The notes beneath the pieces were generated by a model that saw only the letters and a list, made by a program, of their open reading frames with translations, did no database searches and was not told the origin of the DNA. A stretch of 64,000 nt of DNA from the NCBI GenBank assembly GCA_965240325.2, contig OZ251232.1, forward strand, positions 1,922,001-1,986,000, given 5' to 3'. Source of the stretch: Rebecca billardiae RCC1528. Taxonomy: Eukaryota; Protista; Haptophyta. Shown in pieces: positions 24,586 through 36,409 of the stretch. The position numbers and the translations under genes were made by a program. Position 1 is the first letter of the stretch, and each line of letters opens with the position of its first letter.

Positions 24586-25835
24586 GCGACGAGATCGCGG
24601 CGGGGGCGGCGAGATCGCGGCGGGGGCGACGGGCAACAACCTGCCCGCGGGCGCGTTCGTCACTCGAGGAGCAGCGCGCAAGGGCGAGCCGAGTCCGGAG
24701 CACGCGAGCTCGTCGCTCGCCGACCGGAGCAGAGCGCGCCGCCCGCCGCCGCCGAGCGAGCGGCGCGGCAGAGCTGATGAGCCGGATGCGCCCGGAGCTC
24801 GCGCGGCTGAAGGGCGAGCTCGAGCACGCGAGCTCGCGCCTCGACGCCGAGCCCGAGCTCCTCCTCAACTCAGTCGACGGCGGCGCGGAGGTCCGGCAGC
24901 AGCGTGAGGACTCACAGACAGTGTGAGTGAGCCGCGCGCAGCTCAGCCTGCCGCTGGCAGCCGCCGTCTTCGAGGCCGACGCGGCGGAGGAGGCGGCGGG
25001 CGACGAGATCGCGGCGGGGGCGGCGAGATCGCGGCGGGGGCGACGGGCAACAACCTGCCCGCGGGCGCGTTCGTCACTCGAGGAGCAGCGCGCAAGGGCG
25101 AGCCGAGTCCGGAGCACGCGAGCTCGTCGCTCGCCGACCGGAGCAGAGCGCGCCGCCCGCCGCCGCCGAGCGAGCGGCGCGGCAGAGCTGATGAGCCGGA
25201 TGCGCCCGGAGCTCGCGCGGCTGAAGGGCGAGCTCGAGCACGCGAGCTCGCGCCTCGACGCCGAGCCCGAGCTCCTCCTCAACTCAGTCGACGGCGGCGC
25301 GGAGGTCCGGCAGCAGCGTGAGGACTCACAGACAGTGTGAGTGAGCCGCGCGCAGCTCAGCCTGCCGCTGGCAGCCGCCGTCTTCGAGGCCGACGCGGCG
25401 GAGGAGGCGGCGGGCGACGAGATCGCGGCGGGGGCGGCGAGATCGCGGCGGGGGCGACGGGCAACAACCTGCCCGCGGGCGCGTTCGTCACTCGAGGAGC
25501 AGCGCGCAAGGGCGAGCCGTCAGCCGAGTCCGGAGCACGCGAGCTCGTCGCTCGCCGACCGGAGCAGAGCGCGCCGCCCGCCGCCGCCGAGCGAGCGGCG
25601 CGGCAGAGCTGATGAGCCGGATGCGCCCGGAGCTCGCGCGGCTGAAGGGCGAGCTCGAGCACGCGAGCTCGCGCCTCGACGCCGAGCGCGAGCTCCTCCT
25701 CAACTCGGTCGACGGCGGCGCGGAGGTCCGGCAGCAGCGTGAGGACTCACAGACAGTGTGAGTGAGCCGCGCGCAGCTCAGCCTGCCGCTGGCAGCCGCC
25801 GTCTTCGAGGCCGACGCGGCGGAGGAGGCGGCGGG
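24586..25835 (+). repeat. Tandem repeat, 414-bp unit x3 (third unit +7 bp)
   Basis: GCGACGAGATCGCGGCGGGGG at 24586, 25000 and 25414. Confidence 0.95.
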
Positions 25836-26972
25836 AGAGCACGGCGGCGCGGTGGAGCAGGCGCGCACGCGCGGCGGCAGGCGCGACGCGCCGCTCGCCT
25901 CGTTCCACCGCCCCGAGCTCCGCTCGGTCGGTCTCGGTGCGCGGCTGCGCAGCCGGCAGGCCGGCGGGCCAGCAGTCTGCAGTGGCGCGCGCTCTCGCTC
26001 TGCCGGCACGAGGCGTGCCGGCTGAGCGACCAGCGGCCCGTCGTCGAGCGCATGGCGCAGGGCGAGTACCTCAAGCAGGTGCGCCCGCTCGCGCGCACGC
26101 GCCGGCTCGCGACCAGCGGCCCTTCGTCGAGCGCATGGCGCAGCGCGAGCACCTTGCAAGCTGAAGCAGGTGCGCCCGCACGCGCGCACGCGCCGGCCCG
26201 GCGCCGCGCGGCGCCTCTCGCCCTCTCGCCCTGCGCGCGCCGCCGCCCCGCTTCCCCGCGCGGCCCGTCCGCGCCTCTCGCCCTGCCTGCGAGCGCGCCG
26301 CCCCGCTTCCCCGCGCGGCCCGTCCGCTGGTGTCCCATGCCACCCTTGGCCGTGCGCGCCCGCATACTCGCGCCGAGTCCGAGACTCGGTCTCGGGTCTG
26401 ACTCTCCCTCTCAGAGTGGCTGAACTGTCTTTCTGACTCGGACTGACTGACTCGTCAGTCTCATTCTCAACCACTGCGCAGCGGGCCCCGAACTGCGTTG
26501 GTTCTACGGAAAAGGACCGCGGAACGCGGTCATATAATGAACGGGTAGATACGCGCATATATACGGGTACGTGTCTCTAATTAAATGGGTAACATGCTCG
26601 ATCTTGGAGTAGTTTTTCCTCGACCTCTACGCGCACTCATCGTGCCTTCTAAAAATCAGCAATTCCACCGTAATTTTATTGGGGCGGGTTGCAACGGTTA
26701 TGAATAAGTAAGATCGACGATATACCGTCATTAGCCGCCATAATAAGTCGTTGACGTTTGGCTGAATCTGTATGTGACACAGTGGCGCAGCTGGCACGCG
26801 CGCACGACCGCGCGACGGCACGCGGAGTCGGTTTTGAGTGCTTCTGACGGCTGGGCTGGGTTCCAGGACATATTTGTGGGTGCCTTCGCAAGCGCCTCGC
26901 TCGTCAGACACCTAAATCGCATGGTTGTCGAAAATCACAAATGAGTGGGCTGCTGTCATGGACCCCCTACGA

Positions 26973-28082
26973 TCATGCGTTTCAGAAACAGGTTTCCAGC
27001 CCAAGTAGTGACGCGCAGCGCCAACCCATATAGCTTTTTGATTTCCCCTTTATCAACGGGCTCCGGGTGATCAGGCTGGCGGCCAAGCCTCCAGCCCTAC
27101 CCTGGCCAGCCCCCAACCAACCACCACCCTGACCCTCACCCAACCTGTGGCTGTATTGTGTAAGATTGTCTTGACACAGACACACAGTTTACTAAGAATA
27201 ATGCGGCCTGTCGCCTCACTGCCTCAGATGGGGAGAGCGGGCCCGGGTTAGCGGACTCGCGGTGGGCCGTGCTGACGCAATCTGTCTCCGCCAGCGCAGC
27301 GGCGGATGCTGAGAGCCGATGATGCCGACTGTGACTGCACCGCCGAGCGGGCATACCCCAGAGACTGGCAGAGCCAACGCCGGCCGGCTTGGCCCGAGTC
27401 ACCGTAAATTGCTGACTCTAGCTGGCTACGTCCGCCCGGCGGCTGACTGATGAATTGATGATCAATGCGGGCTCTGTTCAACAATAGGGGCCCGTTCAAC
27501 AATAGGGATTACGTCTTAATTAAGACGCTACGTTGGTTCTACGGATAACGGAAGGACCGCGGAACGCGGTCATAGGCTCTGGCTCCGGTTGACCCCTGCC
27601 AGTCCGGTCATAGAAACCGGGCGTACCGAAAATGATCTTCGCATTCCTGCGGCCGAATGAACGCCCGAAGTGTCCCACAGGGCTCCAAGTAGGGTTACTA
27701 TCAACTATGGATGGCCAATAAGTGCCCAGGGTGTGAAACTCAGTTTATGTGATACTACTTCAGACTGAGACTCTATTTTTCATAGCTATTTACCCAGCCC
27801 GGTGACATATTTCCAATAGCTACGGGTGCATCCGGATCGCTCCCGGACCGTGTTCTGACCAGAGTCTGAAATGGGTAAATACATAGTAAAAATAGAGTCT
27901 GAACTATAGAGGATGCTTGTTGGCCCAATATCGCTCTGAAAGTCTGAGTGAAGTCATCATCTAGCCCGGCATCCATTGAGGTCCTCCTGTGCAGTTTTCA
28001 CGAGTGACTTCATGAAGGAGCTCAGCAGTGCCCGTCTCTGGCAGCGGGGTCAACCGAAGCCAGAGCCCATATATCATACTAG
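26973..28082 (+). mobile_element. Probable non-autonomous Helitron (5' TC, 3' hairpin plus CTAG, A/T insertion site)
   Basis: Starts A|TCATGCGTTTCAG, the same start as the copy at 8544 with a different upstream flank. Removing the nested MITE gives the 3' end GACCGC-GGAAC-GCGGTC, 10 nt, CTAG|T. Confidence 0.55.
27575..28067. mobile_element. 493-bp MITE, about 29-bp TIR GGCTCTGGCT(C/T)CGGTTGACCCC, 4-bp TSD CATA
   Basis: CATA|GGCTCTGGCTCCGGTTGACCCCTGCCAG...CTGGCAGCGGGGTCAACCGAAGCCAGAGCC|CATA. An uninterrupted GCGGTCATATA is at about 26526-26536. Confidence 0.8.
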
Positions 28083-28166
28083 TTAACGAGGATCGTCGAT
28101 TGCTGACGATTCATATTTATTAATTTGATTAAATATTATGACGACGATTGGCACCCGTGGTCTTAG

Positions 28167-29636
28167 TCAGTCTGACTCGGTCATGACCTCCACTGCACGC
28201 CACTCAGTACAGTGCGGCTTGTGCACTTTCCACGCACTCAGCAGGTGCTCGCGGCAGCAGAAGACCGCCACGAGGCACCGCTTGCACTTCTTCACTCCAC
28301 GGCCAGACTTGGCGCACACCATGCAGCACGCAGTGGCCACCTCGCGATCTCCTGCATGGTCACAGAGCACCTTGCTCGGATCCACCACGGAGCCGTCAAG
28401 CCCCTGCCCGCTGCACAGCAGCTGCACTCCCTCCGTCACGTCGCGCTGCACTGCCTCGCCTGCAAGCAGCAGGAGCGCCAATGCCAAGTGGGCATGTGGC
28501 TGGCCACTGTCGATGGCCAGCCGGTACCAGCGCACTGCCTCCGCCATATCCTGCAGCGCACCGTCGCCTCCTGCGTAGCACCTGCCCAGGTTGTACTGTG
28601 CAACCGCATGGCCCTGCTCGGCCGCCCGCCGGTACAAGCGCACTGCCTCAGCCATTTCCTGGGGCACGCCCTTGCCTTGTTCGTAGCACAAGCCCAGGCT
28701 GGACTGTGCATCTGCATCACAGTGCTCGGCAGCTAGCCGGTACCAGCGCACCGCCTCGGCCATATCCTGTTGCACGCCCTCGCCTCGTTCGTAGCACCTG
28801 CCCAGGTTGTGCTGCCCACTTGCAGTGCCCTGCTCGGCCGCCAGCCGGTACCAGCGCACCGCCTCTGCCCAGTCCTGTGGCATGCCCTTGCCTTGTTTGT
28901 AGCACACGCCCAGGTTGATCTGTGCAGCTGCATTGCCCTGCTCGGCCGCCAGCCGGTACCAGCGCACTGCATCGACCCAGTCCTGCTGCACGCCCTCCCC
29001 TTGATCGTAGCACACGCCCAGGCTGTACTGCGCACCTGCATTGCCCTGCTCGGCCGCCAGCCGGTACCAGCGCACTGCCTCTGCCCAGTCCTGCTGCACG
29101 CCCTCACCAGCCTCACCTTGATCGTAGCACACGCCCAGGCTGTACTGCGCACCTGCATTGCCCTGCTCGGCCGCCAGCCGGTACCAGCGCACCGCCTCGG
29201 CCCAGTCTTGTGGCACGCCCATGCCTTGTTTGTAGCACACGCCCAGGTTGTACTGCCCACCTGCATTGCCCTGCTCGGCAGCGAGCCGGTACCAGCGCAC
29301 CGCCTCGGCCAAGTCCTGCTGCACGCCCTTGCCTTGTTTGTAGCACACACCCAGGTTGCTCTGTGCATCTGCATTGCCCTGCTCGGCCGCAAGCCGGTAC
29401 CAGCGCACTGCCTCGGCCCAGTCCTGCTGCACGCCCTCGCCTCGTGTGTAGCACACGCCCAGGCTGTACTGCGCACCTGCATTGCCCTGCTCGGCCGCCA
29501 GCCGGTACCAGCGCACTGCCTCGGCCCAGTCCTGCTGCACGCCAGCACCTTGATCGTAGCGCACGCCCAGGCTGTACTGCGCAGCTGCGTAGCCATGCTC
29601 AGCCGCCAGCCGGCACAGGCGCATCGCCTCGGCCAT
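28167..29636 (-). CDS. Sel1-like repeat protein with C-terminal MYND zinc finger (about 10-11 repeats; 5' end uncertain)
   Basis: 36-aa repeats AQYxLGVCYxxGxGVxQDxAEAVRWYRLAAEQG followed by CMVC..CKRC..FCCREH..WKVHKPHC. The ORF is open to 29801, but homology begins mid-repeat at the ATG at 29636, so an upstream exon or truncation is likely. Confidence 0.9.
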   Translation of the reverse strand: MAEAMRLCRLAAEHGYAAAQYSLGVRYDQGAGVQQDWAEAVRWYRLAAEQGNAGAQYSLGVCYTRGEGVQQDWAEAVRWYRLAAEQGNADAQSNLGVCYKQGKGVQQDLAEAVRWYRLAAEQGNAGGQYNLGVCYKQGMGVPQDWAEAVRWYRLAAEQGNAGAQYSLGVCYDQGEAGEGVQQDWAEAVRWYRLAAEQGNAGAQYSLGVCYDQGEGVQQDWVDAVRWYRLAAEQGNAAAQINLGVCYKQGKGMPQDWAEAVRWYRLAAEQGTASGQHNLGRCYERGEGVQQDMAEAVRWYRLAAEHCDADAQSSLGLCYEQGKGVPQEMAEAVRLYRRAAEQGHAVAQYNLGRCYAGGDGALQDMAEAVRWYRLAIDSGQPHAHLALALLLLAGEAVQRDVTEGVQLLCSGQGLDGSVVDPSKVLCDHAGDREVATACCMVCAKSGRGVKKCKRCLVAVFCCREHLLSAWKVHKPHCTEWRAVEVMTESD

Positions 29637-32186
29637 GAAGACCCTCACGCTCCTACAAGTGGGCAGCCTTGGGCGCCGGACGCTCATGATCAGAGTTACG
29701 AGGGGAGGGGGCAGCCGAAGGCCCAAGGCTTCTGAGACAAACGCGCGACGACCCCCCCGCCCCCTCCCTAAATAAAGGGTCGTTCTTCCGAGCCCCCGCA
29801 CGCGTTTCCCCCAGCCCGAGCCCGAACATTGTTGTATGAGGACCTATTGCGAGCGCGGGGGCGTGGAGGCCTCCCCAGGATGACGAAACTTTGTCGGGAC
29901 AAAGTGTTGTTGGAAATCCGAACAACACTTTGTCCCAACAAAATCTCGTCGCCTAACATCTCGTCCCGAAAGATCGCAGGACGGAAGCTTCTGTGCCTTC
30001 CAACGTCGGCCCACAAGAGGGCCGAGAGCATGCCGTGCGTGCGTGCGGCGGTCGGCGGGGACAAGTACGACCGGTGCGTTCGCGCGCGATCTCGTATGCT
30101 CGGCGGCGGTGGTGTTGCGGCTGGCCAGTCACATGTGATGCCTGGTTGCGCTCGCGTGCTTGAGCGCAGCTTGTGCTGCGCAAGCCTCCGTTGTGCAGAT
30201 CTGACGTGCACCTAATGCACTCTCCTCGCGCCGTGCACCTGGAGCGTTTGAATTCGTAGAAGATTTCGACTCAGCCACGATGCACACGGTCGTGCGTGTC
30301 TCCAGAAGACACTTACGAGCAGGGCTCGACCGTGGCATGCCCACCGTCTCCTCATATCATCTCGCTTAGCTGTCTGCGCACACGCGACCAGCTCCACCGT
30401 GCTCGGCTGTCGGCGCCCGCTTGCGCGGTCGGTCGGTGGGACACCTGGTTGCCTACATTGCACACACGAGCTTATCTGTGCCGCTCAAGTGTGCGTTGGC
30501 GCTCTGACTGCCGCCCCTCGCCGACATCGTGCGCACGAGAAGGGCCTGCACGTGCACGACAAGGACGCTAGGGTCGCGGGCTGCCCTCGCTGCTTCTCCT
30601 AGGCTACCTTGTGCCGATCCTCCCGCAATCTCAATACTGTAGCTACCGGCGCAACTCCAAAACGGAAAGGAAATGCTCGCAAGAACGCCAGCGGCCCCTC
30701 GTTTTGAGCCCGAACATTTTTCCGCGGGGGGGCACGTCCCGTAGCATCAAGGAGAGTCCGGAAATGGAATCCGGGGACGCTCGTCAACTCGCGGGGGGGG
30801 CCTGTTGACGGCCGCGCCGAGCACCCGAGCGTCTCGACCCGCGCCTCGCCTATACACGCGCATTTGGCGGGGCGCGCGCGGGGCGCGCTGCGAGTGGGCG
30901 CGTCGGCCCGTACGCTCGGAGCCCTCTTTCGGAAAAGTCCGAGCGCGCCGCGCCGCGCCCGTCGCGCCGCGCTGCGTCGTGCGCCGTGCACGCGTTCGGC
31001 TCGGCTCGGGTGCCGAGCGCCGCCGACGAGCGGGAAGAGCGCCAGGGGCGGGTGCGCTGGCGCGGGCGGGGTGTGGATGCACGATGTGGGAGTCTACCTC
31101 TCGTACCAGGCGCGCGCGCCCGCTCGGCGCCGTCGCTTCGCGCGGCCGTAGGCGTCCAAGCGTCGATGGTTGGCCTCGAGAACCGCTAGAAGGGGGGCCG
31201 CCAGCCGCAAGCGACGCGGGTAACGATTGACGAGACCGAGCACGCATCTGACAAAGATCTGACAAGACCGAATACGTGGCACAGCAGGTGTGCACCCAGC
31301 ACCGCCGCCCCACGCCCCCACGCGCAACAGCCCCCCGCATGGAGGCTCGATGGCCAGCGCCGCCCCCGCGCTCTGCGGCCGCGCGCCGCGCGCACATCAG
31401 GCGGGGCGCGCGCGAAGTCCGCCGCGCGTGGGGGCCTCGGGCCCCCGGGAGAAGCAAGCGCGGCATCACCGCGCCGCGCCCGCGCCACGGCATGCGTCCA
31501 ACGACCCAGTCCCAGGTGCGACCGCGCACTGCCGTGCGCTGCGCGCAACTGGCACTGGGGCGGATGGTCATGGTGCGCGCCGCGCGCGCGGGGGCTGCAT
31601 GTGCAGGCGGGCGGTGGTTGCCCGGCTCGCTCGGTGCGCGCGCGCGTCGCCCTGCGTTACGCTCTGAACTCTTTGTGCGCGCGCGGTGCGGATGCTGCAC
31701 GAGTTGAGCCCGACGGTGCTTAGTGGTCTTGGTCCACTCACCACTGTCTCGCCGCGCCAGCACGTTGCGGCTGCAGCAGCCGCAGCTCACTGGACCATTG
31801 ATGCCAGGTGTCACGGCAGGGAAGCGGAAGGAGCGCGCCACCTTAACGTGCGGCTCGTTAGCTGGAGGCGCCCTGGTCGGACGCACTACTGTACAGACGC
31901 CCGTGGCCGTGCGGCCGCGTGAGGCGAGGGCAGGTGCCGTGACCACTGAGTCACAGGTCTGGCCAGGCTGCAGCGCCGCACGATGAACCCGGCTGGTCGT
32001 CACGCATGGGCACATCGTCAGTCTCCTCATCAGATGCCCGGTTGCTAAGTTGGTCACTGTCCGACTGTTCGATTCAGACACTGAGACTCAGAGTAGTAGC
32101 CGCAGTCACCCGTGGGTGTTGATGGTCAGAGGCGGATATCGTTTGCGTAGCACGGCCGGGCCGCGGATCCTTTTCCTCGAGTTATA

Positions 32187-33998
32187 GTCCCCCTCGGGGC
32201 ACGATGGCTGCCGGCAGTTGAGGCAAAAGCCTTGCCGCAAGGCTTTTGGTTCGTGATGGCGACCCGCTGCGTGCCAGTGCGGCACGACGCACAAGGGCCG
32301 AGGTATGGGAGGCATGAGAGTGCGGGCACGGCAGGGCGCGGGGGTTTGGTGGTCGTAGATGACTCTTCTTCAGGCCTTGGCATCGCTGGGCGACTCGTAT
32401 CCACCTCTCTTCAGCTCCTCTTGTCCCTGCTTCCGCATGGCCAGTGATCGACGTGCACGCCGACCGTGCACGGGCAAAGGCAAGTGCATAACGCCGGGGG
32501 AGGTCGGAGTTGTGGGTGGTGGATGCTTGCGTATCTTTCATGGAACGCCGTCAGCGCTCGCAGCTCGCCTGTAGCTTCGCTCGCCGCTCCAGGGCCGGCG
32601 TCTCCGTTCCCGTGGTAGTATACCAGGCATGACGGTGATTGCTTTTTGAATTGGGATTTTTCTGCAGCTTCTGTCGTGTATGGCTCTGGAGCTCTTCTTG
32701 GGGGTGTCTGCAAGGATCGGATGGGCTCGAGAGCTCGCGCACGCGCTGGCAGCCTCCCTCTGTAGGCTACGTGCACTGCTCACTTTCACCCATCCAGGAG
32801 CGCAGGGTAAGAAACCGAGCAGGGAGCCGTGCGGGCAGGCGTCCGATCAAAGATCACAGCAGCGGTCGCTTGCACATGCCAAGCGACAGTGGAGGTAGAT
32901 TGCAGGCGCCAATGTGCATAGATACCTCATGCACGTGCATGCCACACAACCCGTAACGCCACACGCGCCGTCGCGCCCGTGGTGTCCGGGTGGGCGCTCC
33001 CTCGTTGTGCGAGAGATGGCCCACGCTGGGAGCGATGGGCAGCCATCTCGCGGATCGCGGCAAGGCTTTTGAGCCGGACTGGCGCCCCGACCGGTCGGGG
33101 CACGATGGCTGCCGGCAGTTGAGGCAAAAGCCTTGCCGCAAGGCTTTTGGTTCGTGATGGCGACCCGCTGCGTGCCAGTGCGGCACGACGCACAAGGGCC
33201 GAGGTATGGGAGGCATGAGAGTGCGGGCACGGCAGGGCGCGCGGGTTTGGTGGTCGTAGATGACTCTTCTTCAGGCCTTGGCATCGCTGGGCGACTCGTA
33301 TCCACCTCTCTCCAGCTCCTCTTGTCCCTGCTTCCGCATGGCCGGTGATCGACGTGCACGCCGACCGTGCACGGGCAAAGGCAAGTGCATAACGCCGGGG
33401 GAGGTCGGAGTTGTGGGTGGTGGATGCTTGCGTATCTTTCATGAAACGCCGTCAGCGCTCGCAGCTCGCCTGTAGCTTCGCTCGCCGCTCCAGGGCCGGC
33501 GTCTCCGTTCCCGTGGTAGTATACCAGGCATGACGGTGATTGCTTTTTGAATTGGGATTTTTCTGCAGCTTCTGTCGTGTATGGCTCTGGAGCTCTTCTT
33601 GGGGGTGTCTGCAAGGATCGGATGGGCTCGAGAGCTCGCGCACGCGCTGGCAGCCTCCCTCTGAAGGCTACGTGCACTGCTCACTTTCACCCATCCAGGA
33701 GCGCAGGGTAAGAAACCGAGCAGGGAGCCGTGCGGGCAGGCGTCCGATCAAAGATCACAGCAGCGGTCGCTTGCACATGCCAAGCGACAGTGGAGGTAGA
33801 TTGCAGGCGCCAATGTGCATAGATACCTCATGCACGTGCATGCCACACAACCCGTAACGCCACACGCGCCGTCGCGCCCGTGGTGTCCGGGTGGGCGCTC
33901 CCTCGTTGTGCGAGAGATGGCCCACGCTGGGAGCGATGGGCAGCCATCTCGCGGATCGCGGCAAGGCTTTTGAGCCGGACTGGCGCCCCGAGGGGGAC
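32187..33998. mobile_element. Head-to-tail dimer (901-bp period) of a TA-flanked MITE with GTCCCCCTCGGGGC TIRs
   Basis: TA|GTCCCCCTCGGGGC...GCCCCGAGGGGGAC|TA; ORFs recur at +901; the junction reads GCCCCGA-CCGG-TCGGGGC at about 33084-33101. Confidence 0.8.
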
Positions 33999-34002
33999 TA
34001 TT

Positions 34003-34869
34003 GAGTCCGGGAGCCCGGGAGGGACTGACGGTCCGGACTCACTCACACGGAGCCCGGCCGTCTCGATCGCGGATCTGTGAAAACTCGCAGAATGGCGCGC
34101 GCTCATTCGCGGTAGGTTGAGCATGCCGCCCGCAGTGAAGCTTCAACTGGTCAGAACCAGCCGGGAATGACCAATGTAAGCGTTGGGCAGGACGAGACGC
34201 GCGCATACACGCTCCCCGGAGGCCGGCTGGCTGGCCACTGTGGCATCCTTGCACAGCATTCGCACGGCGTGCACGCGGCCACGGGCGCCGGTCTGGGCCC
34301 GACCCGACTCTGCACGAGCACCATTATCAGGGAGCTCTCGTGCGTGCCATCGCGGGGACTTTCGGGTGGGAAGGGTCGCGTGTATGCAGGCACGCGAGTG
34401 TGAGCACGTATGCCCCCGTACTACATGAATACACCGGTAGTGAGTGACTCGTGCGGGAGCTCGTAGACTGATTCATCTAGGGGCTCTTTGATTCGCCAAG
34501 TACCGGTGTATCCATGTAGTACGGGGGCATAGGTGCTCACACTCGCGTGCCTGCATACACGCGACCCTTTCCACCCGAAAGTCAAAGTCCCCGCGATGGC
34601 ACGCACGAGAGCTCCCTGATAATGGTGCTCGTGCAGAGTCGGGTTGGGCCCAGACCGGCGCCCGTGCACGCCGTGCGAATGCTGTGCAAGGATGCCACAG
34701 TGGCCAGCCAGCCGGCCTCCGGGGAGCGTGTATGCGCGCGTCTCGTCCTGCCCAACGCTTACATTGGTCATACCCGGCTGGTTCTGACCAGTTGAAGCTT
34801 CACTGCGGGCGGCAGGCCGGGCTCCGTGCGAGCGAGTCCGGACCGTCAGTCCCTCCTGGCACCGGACTC
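34003..34869. mobile_element. Foldback/MITE-like inverted repeat (about 370-bp arms, 61-bp spacer), GAG...CTC ends
   Basis: 34003-34439 (with about 65 bp extra) is the reverse complement of 34501-34869. No TSD is evident. Confidence 0.7.
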
Positions 34870-35412
34870 GCCCAATGCTTATGGCGGCGCAGTCCGGAGG
34901 AGAGTACCAGACAGAAGACAACCCCGTGGCTATCTCGCCTGCCCAGGGCTGAGCTGTGTGCGTCTCTTATTCTTAGTAAACTGTACGGGCTGCAGCTGCA
35001 CCCACGCCAGCCCCTGCTGCCCCCCCGTCCACGATGACCGAGACTCGCGCCCGGGCGACGACTTGGACGACGAAGAGGCGTCGCCGCAGCGGGCAAAGCG
35101 CACCCTGGACGACGCCGCAGCGCCAGCCGCCGCCAGCCAGCCAGCTGGCTCGAGCAGCAAGCGCGTACGCGACCGCCCGTGGAGCATGGGGCAGGTACGA
35201 CCAGCTGCTACCCGCGGCTGAGACTGCCAGCTGACATCCGGACCTGCACCTTCGCCCTTGCTCGGGGCACAGCAGGTCCATGCGAGCCGCGCAGCGCAGG
35301 TGGATCGCGCTTCAGCAGCTCAAGGCCGCGCTCAAGCTTACGATCGCGGTGCAGGCTATGCTCTGCCACCAGCGCCGACTTCGTGTCGACGATCGGGCAC
35401 TGCCGCCGACGA

Positions 35413-36323
35413 ATTGACACTGGCCCACAGGGGGGGGGGTCCGAATTGGTCCCCCGACCTCGTGACGGGCTCGAGCTCGATGGCTGCCGCACGTGCGTGC
35501 CCAGCGTGCCTCGCGCGTGTACGTGCACGGTAGGGCGTCCCGACAGCGGCGGGGTGGCGTAGATGGTCGCATGGGAGGTGCATCCGTGTGTCGGAGACGT
35601 CTCGGCGCCTCGGTGGCGTGCCCACACCTCTCCTTGTCGCCGCTTGCCTGCTGCGTGCTCGGCCAGCCGTTTGGAGTGCACGCCTGCACGTGCACGGCCA
35701 GTGTCGGGCGGATCGAGCCGTAGCGAGTGTGCTTGCGGGTACTCCCACCCGATGCGGCTCTCTGCCGCCGTCGTAGTAGCTCTCGTGCATCAATCCCAAG
35801 CCGTGCACTCCAACCCACGACGTGTTCAGTGTTGTCATGGTGGTACACCACATGCTGTCCAGTTTTATTTTCAAATAGCGCATTTCTGATGCGATTCCTG
35901 GGCAATGTTCGCGAGCATGTTGGGCGCATGCCCGACTAGATTCGGCAGGTTCCAGGACACGCGCGAGGGCTTGCGACGGCGGCAGAGAGCCGCATCGGGT
36001 GGGAGTACCCGCAAGCACACTCGCTACGGCTCGATCCGCCCGACACTGGCCGTGCACGTGCAGGCGTGCACTCCAAACGGCTGGCCGAGCACGCAGCAGG
36101 CAAGCGGCGACAAGGAGAGGTGTGGGCACGCCACCGAGGCGCCGAGACGTCTCCGACACACGGATGCACCTCCCATGCGACCATCTACGCCACCCCGCCG
36201 CTGTCGGGACGCCCTACCGTGCACGTACACGCGCGAGGCACGCTGGGCACGCACGTGCGGCAGCCATCGAGCTCGAGGTCGGGGGACCAATTCGGAACCC
36301 CCCCCCTGTGGGCCAGTGTCAAT
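35413..36323. mobile_element. Foldback/MITE-like inverted repeat (about 350-bp arms, 200-bp spacer) directly upstream of the Sel1 gene
   Basis: 35413-35773 is the reverse complement of 35974-36323; ends read ATTGACACTGGCCCACAGGGGGGG. AAT occurs at both boundaries and may be a TSD. Confidence 0.8.
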
Positions 36324-36409
36324 CAGGAGACCCGCGTCGTCCTACCTGTGTCGTTAAATCATAGAATGAGCTGCTGAGAGCGAAGGTGCGTGCCGGCAAC
36401 CTGTCGACG

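Noticed and set aside
24582-25760. Coiled-coil-like ORFs in the 414-bp repeat
   Set aside because: Each unit has an in-frame stop and no family was recognised; at most a gene relic.
28500-29600. Regular repeats with variable segments resembling a CRISPR array
   Set aside because: These are in-frame 108-bp Sel1 coding repeats; there are no unique spacers or cas genes, and the context is eukaryotic.
28212-29735. Long alternative-frame and antisense repetitive ORFs over the Sel1 genes (also 36359-37847)
   Set aside because: Shadows of the 108-bp coding repeats.
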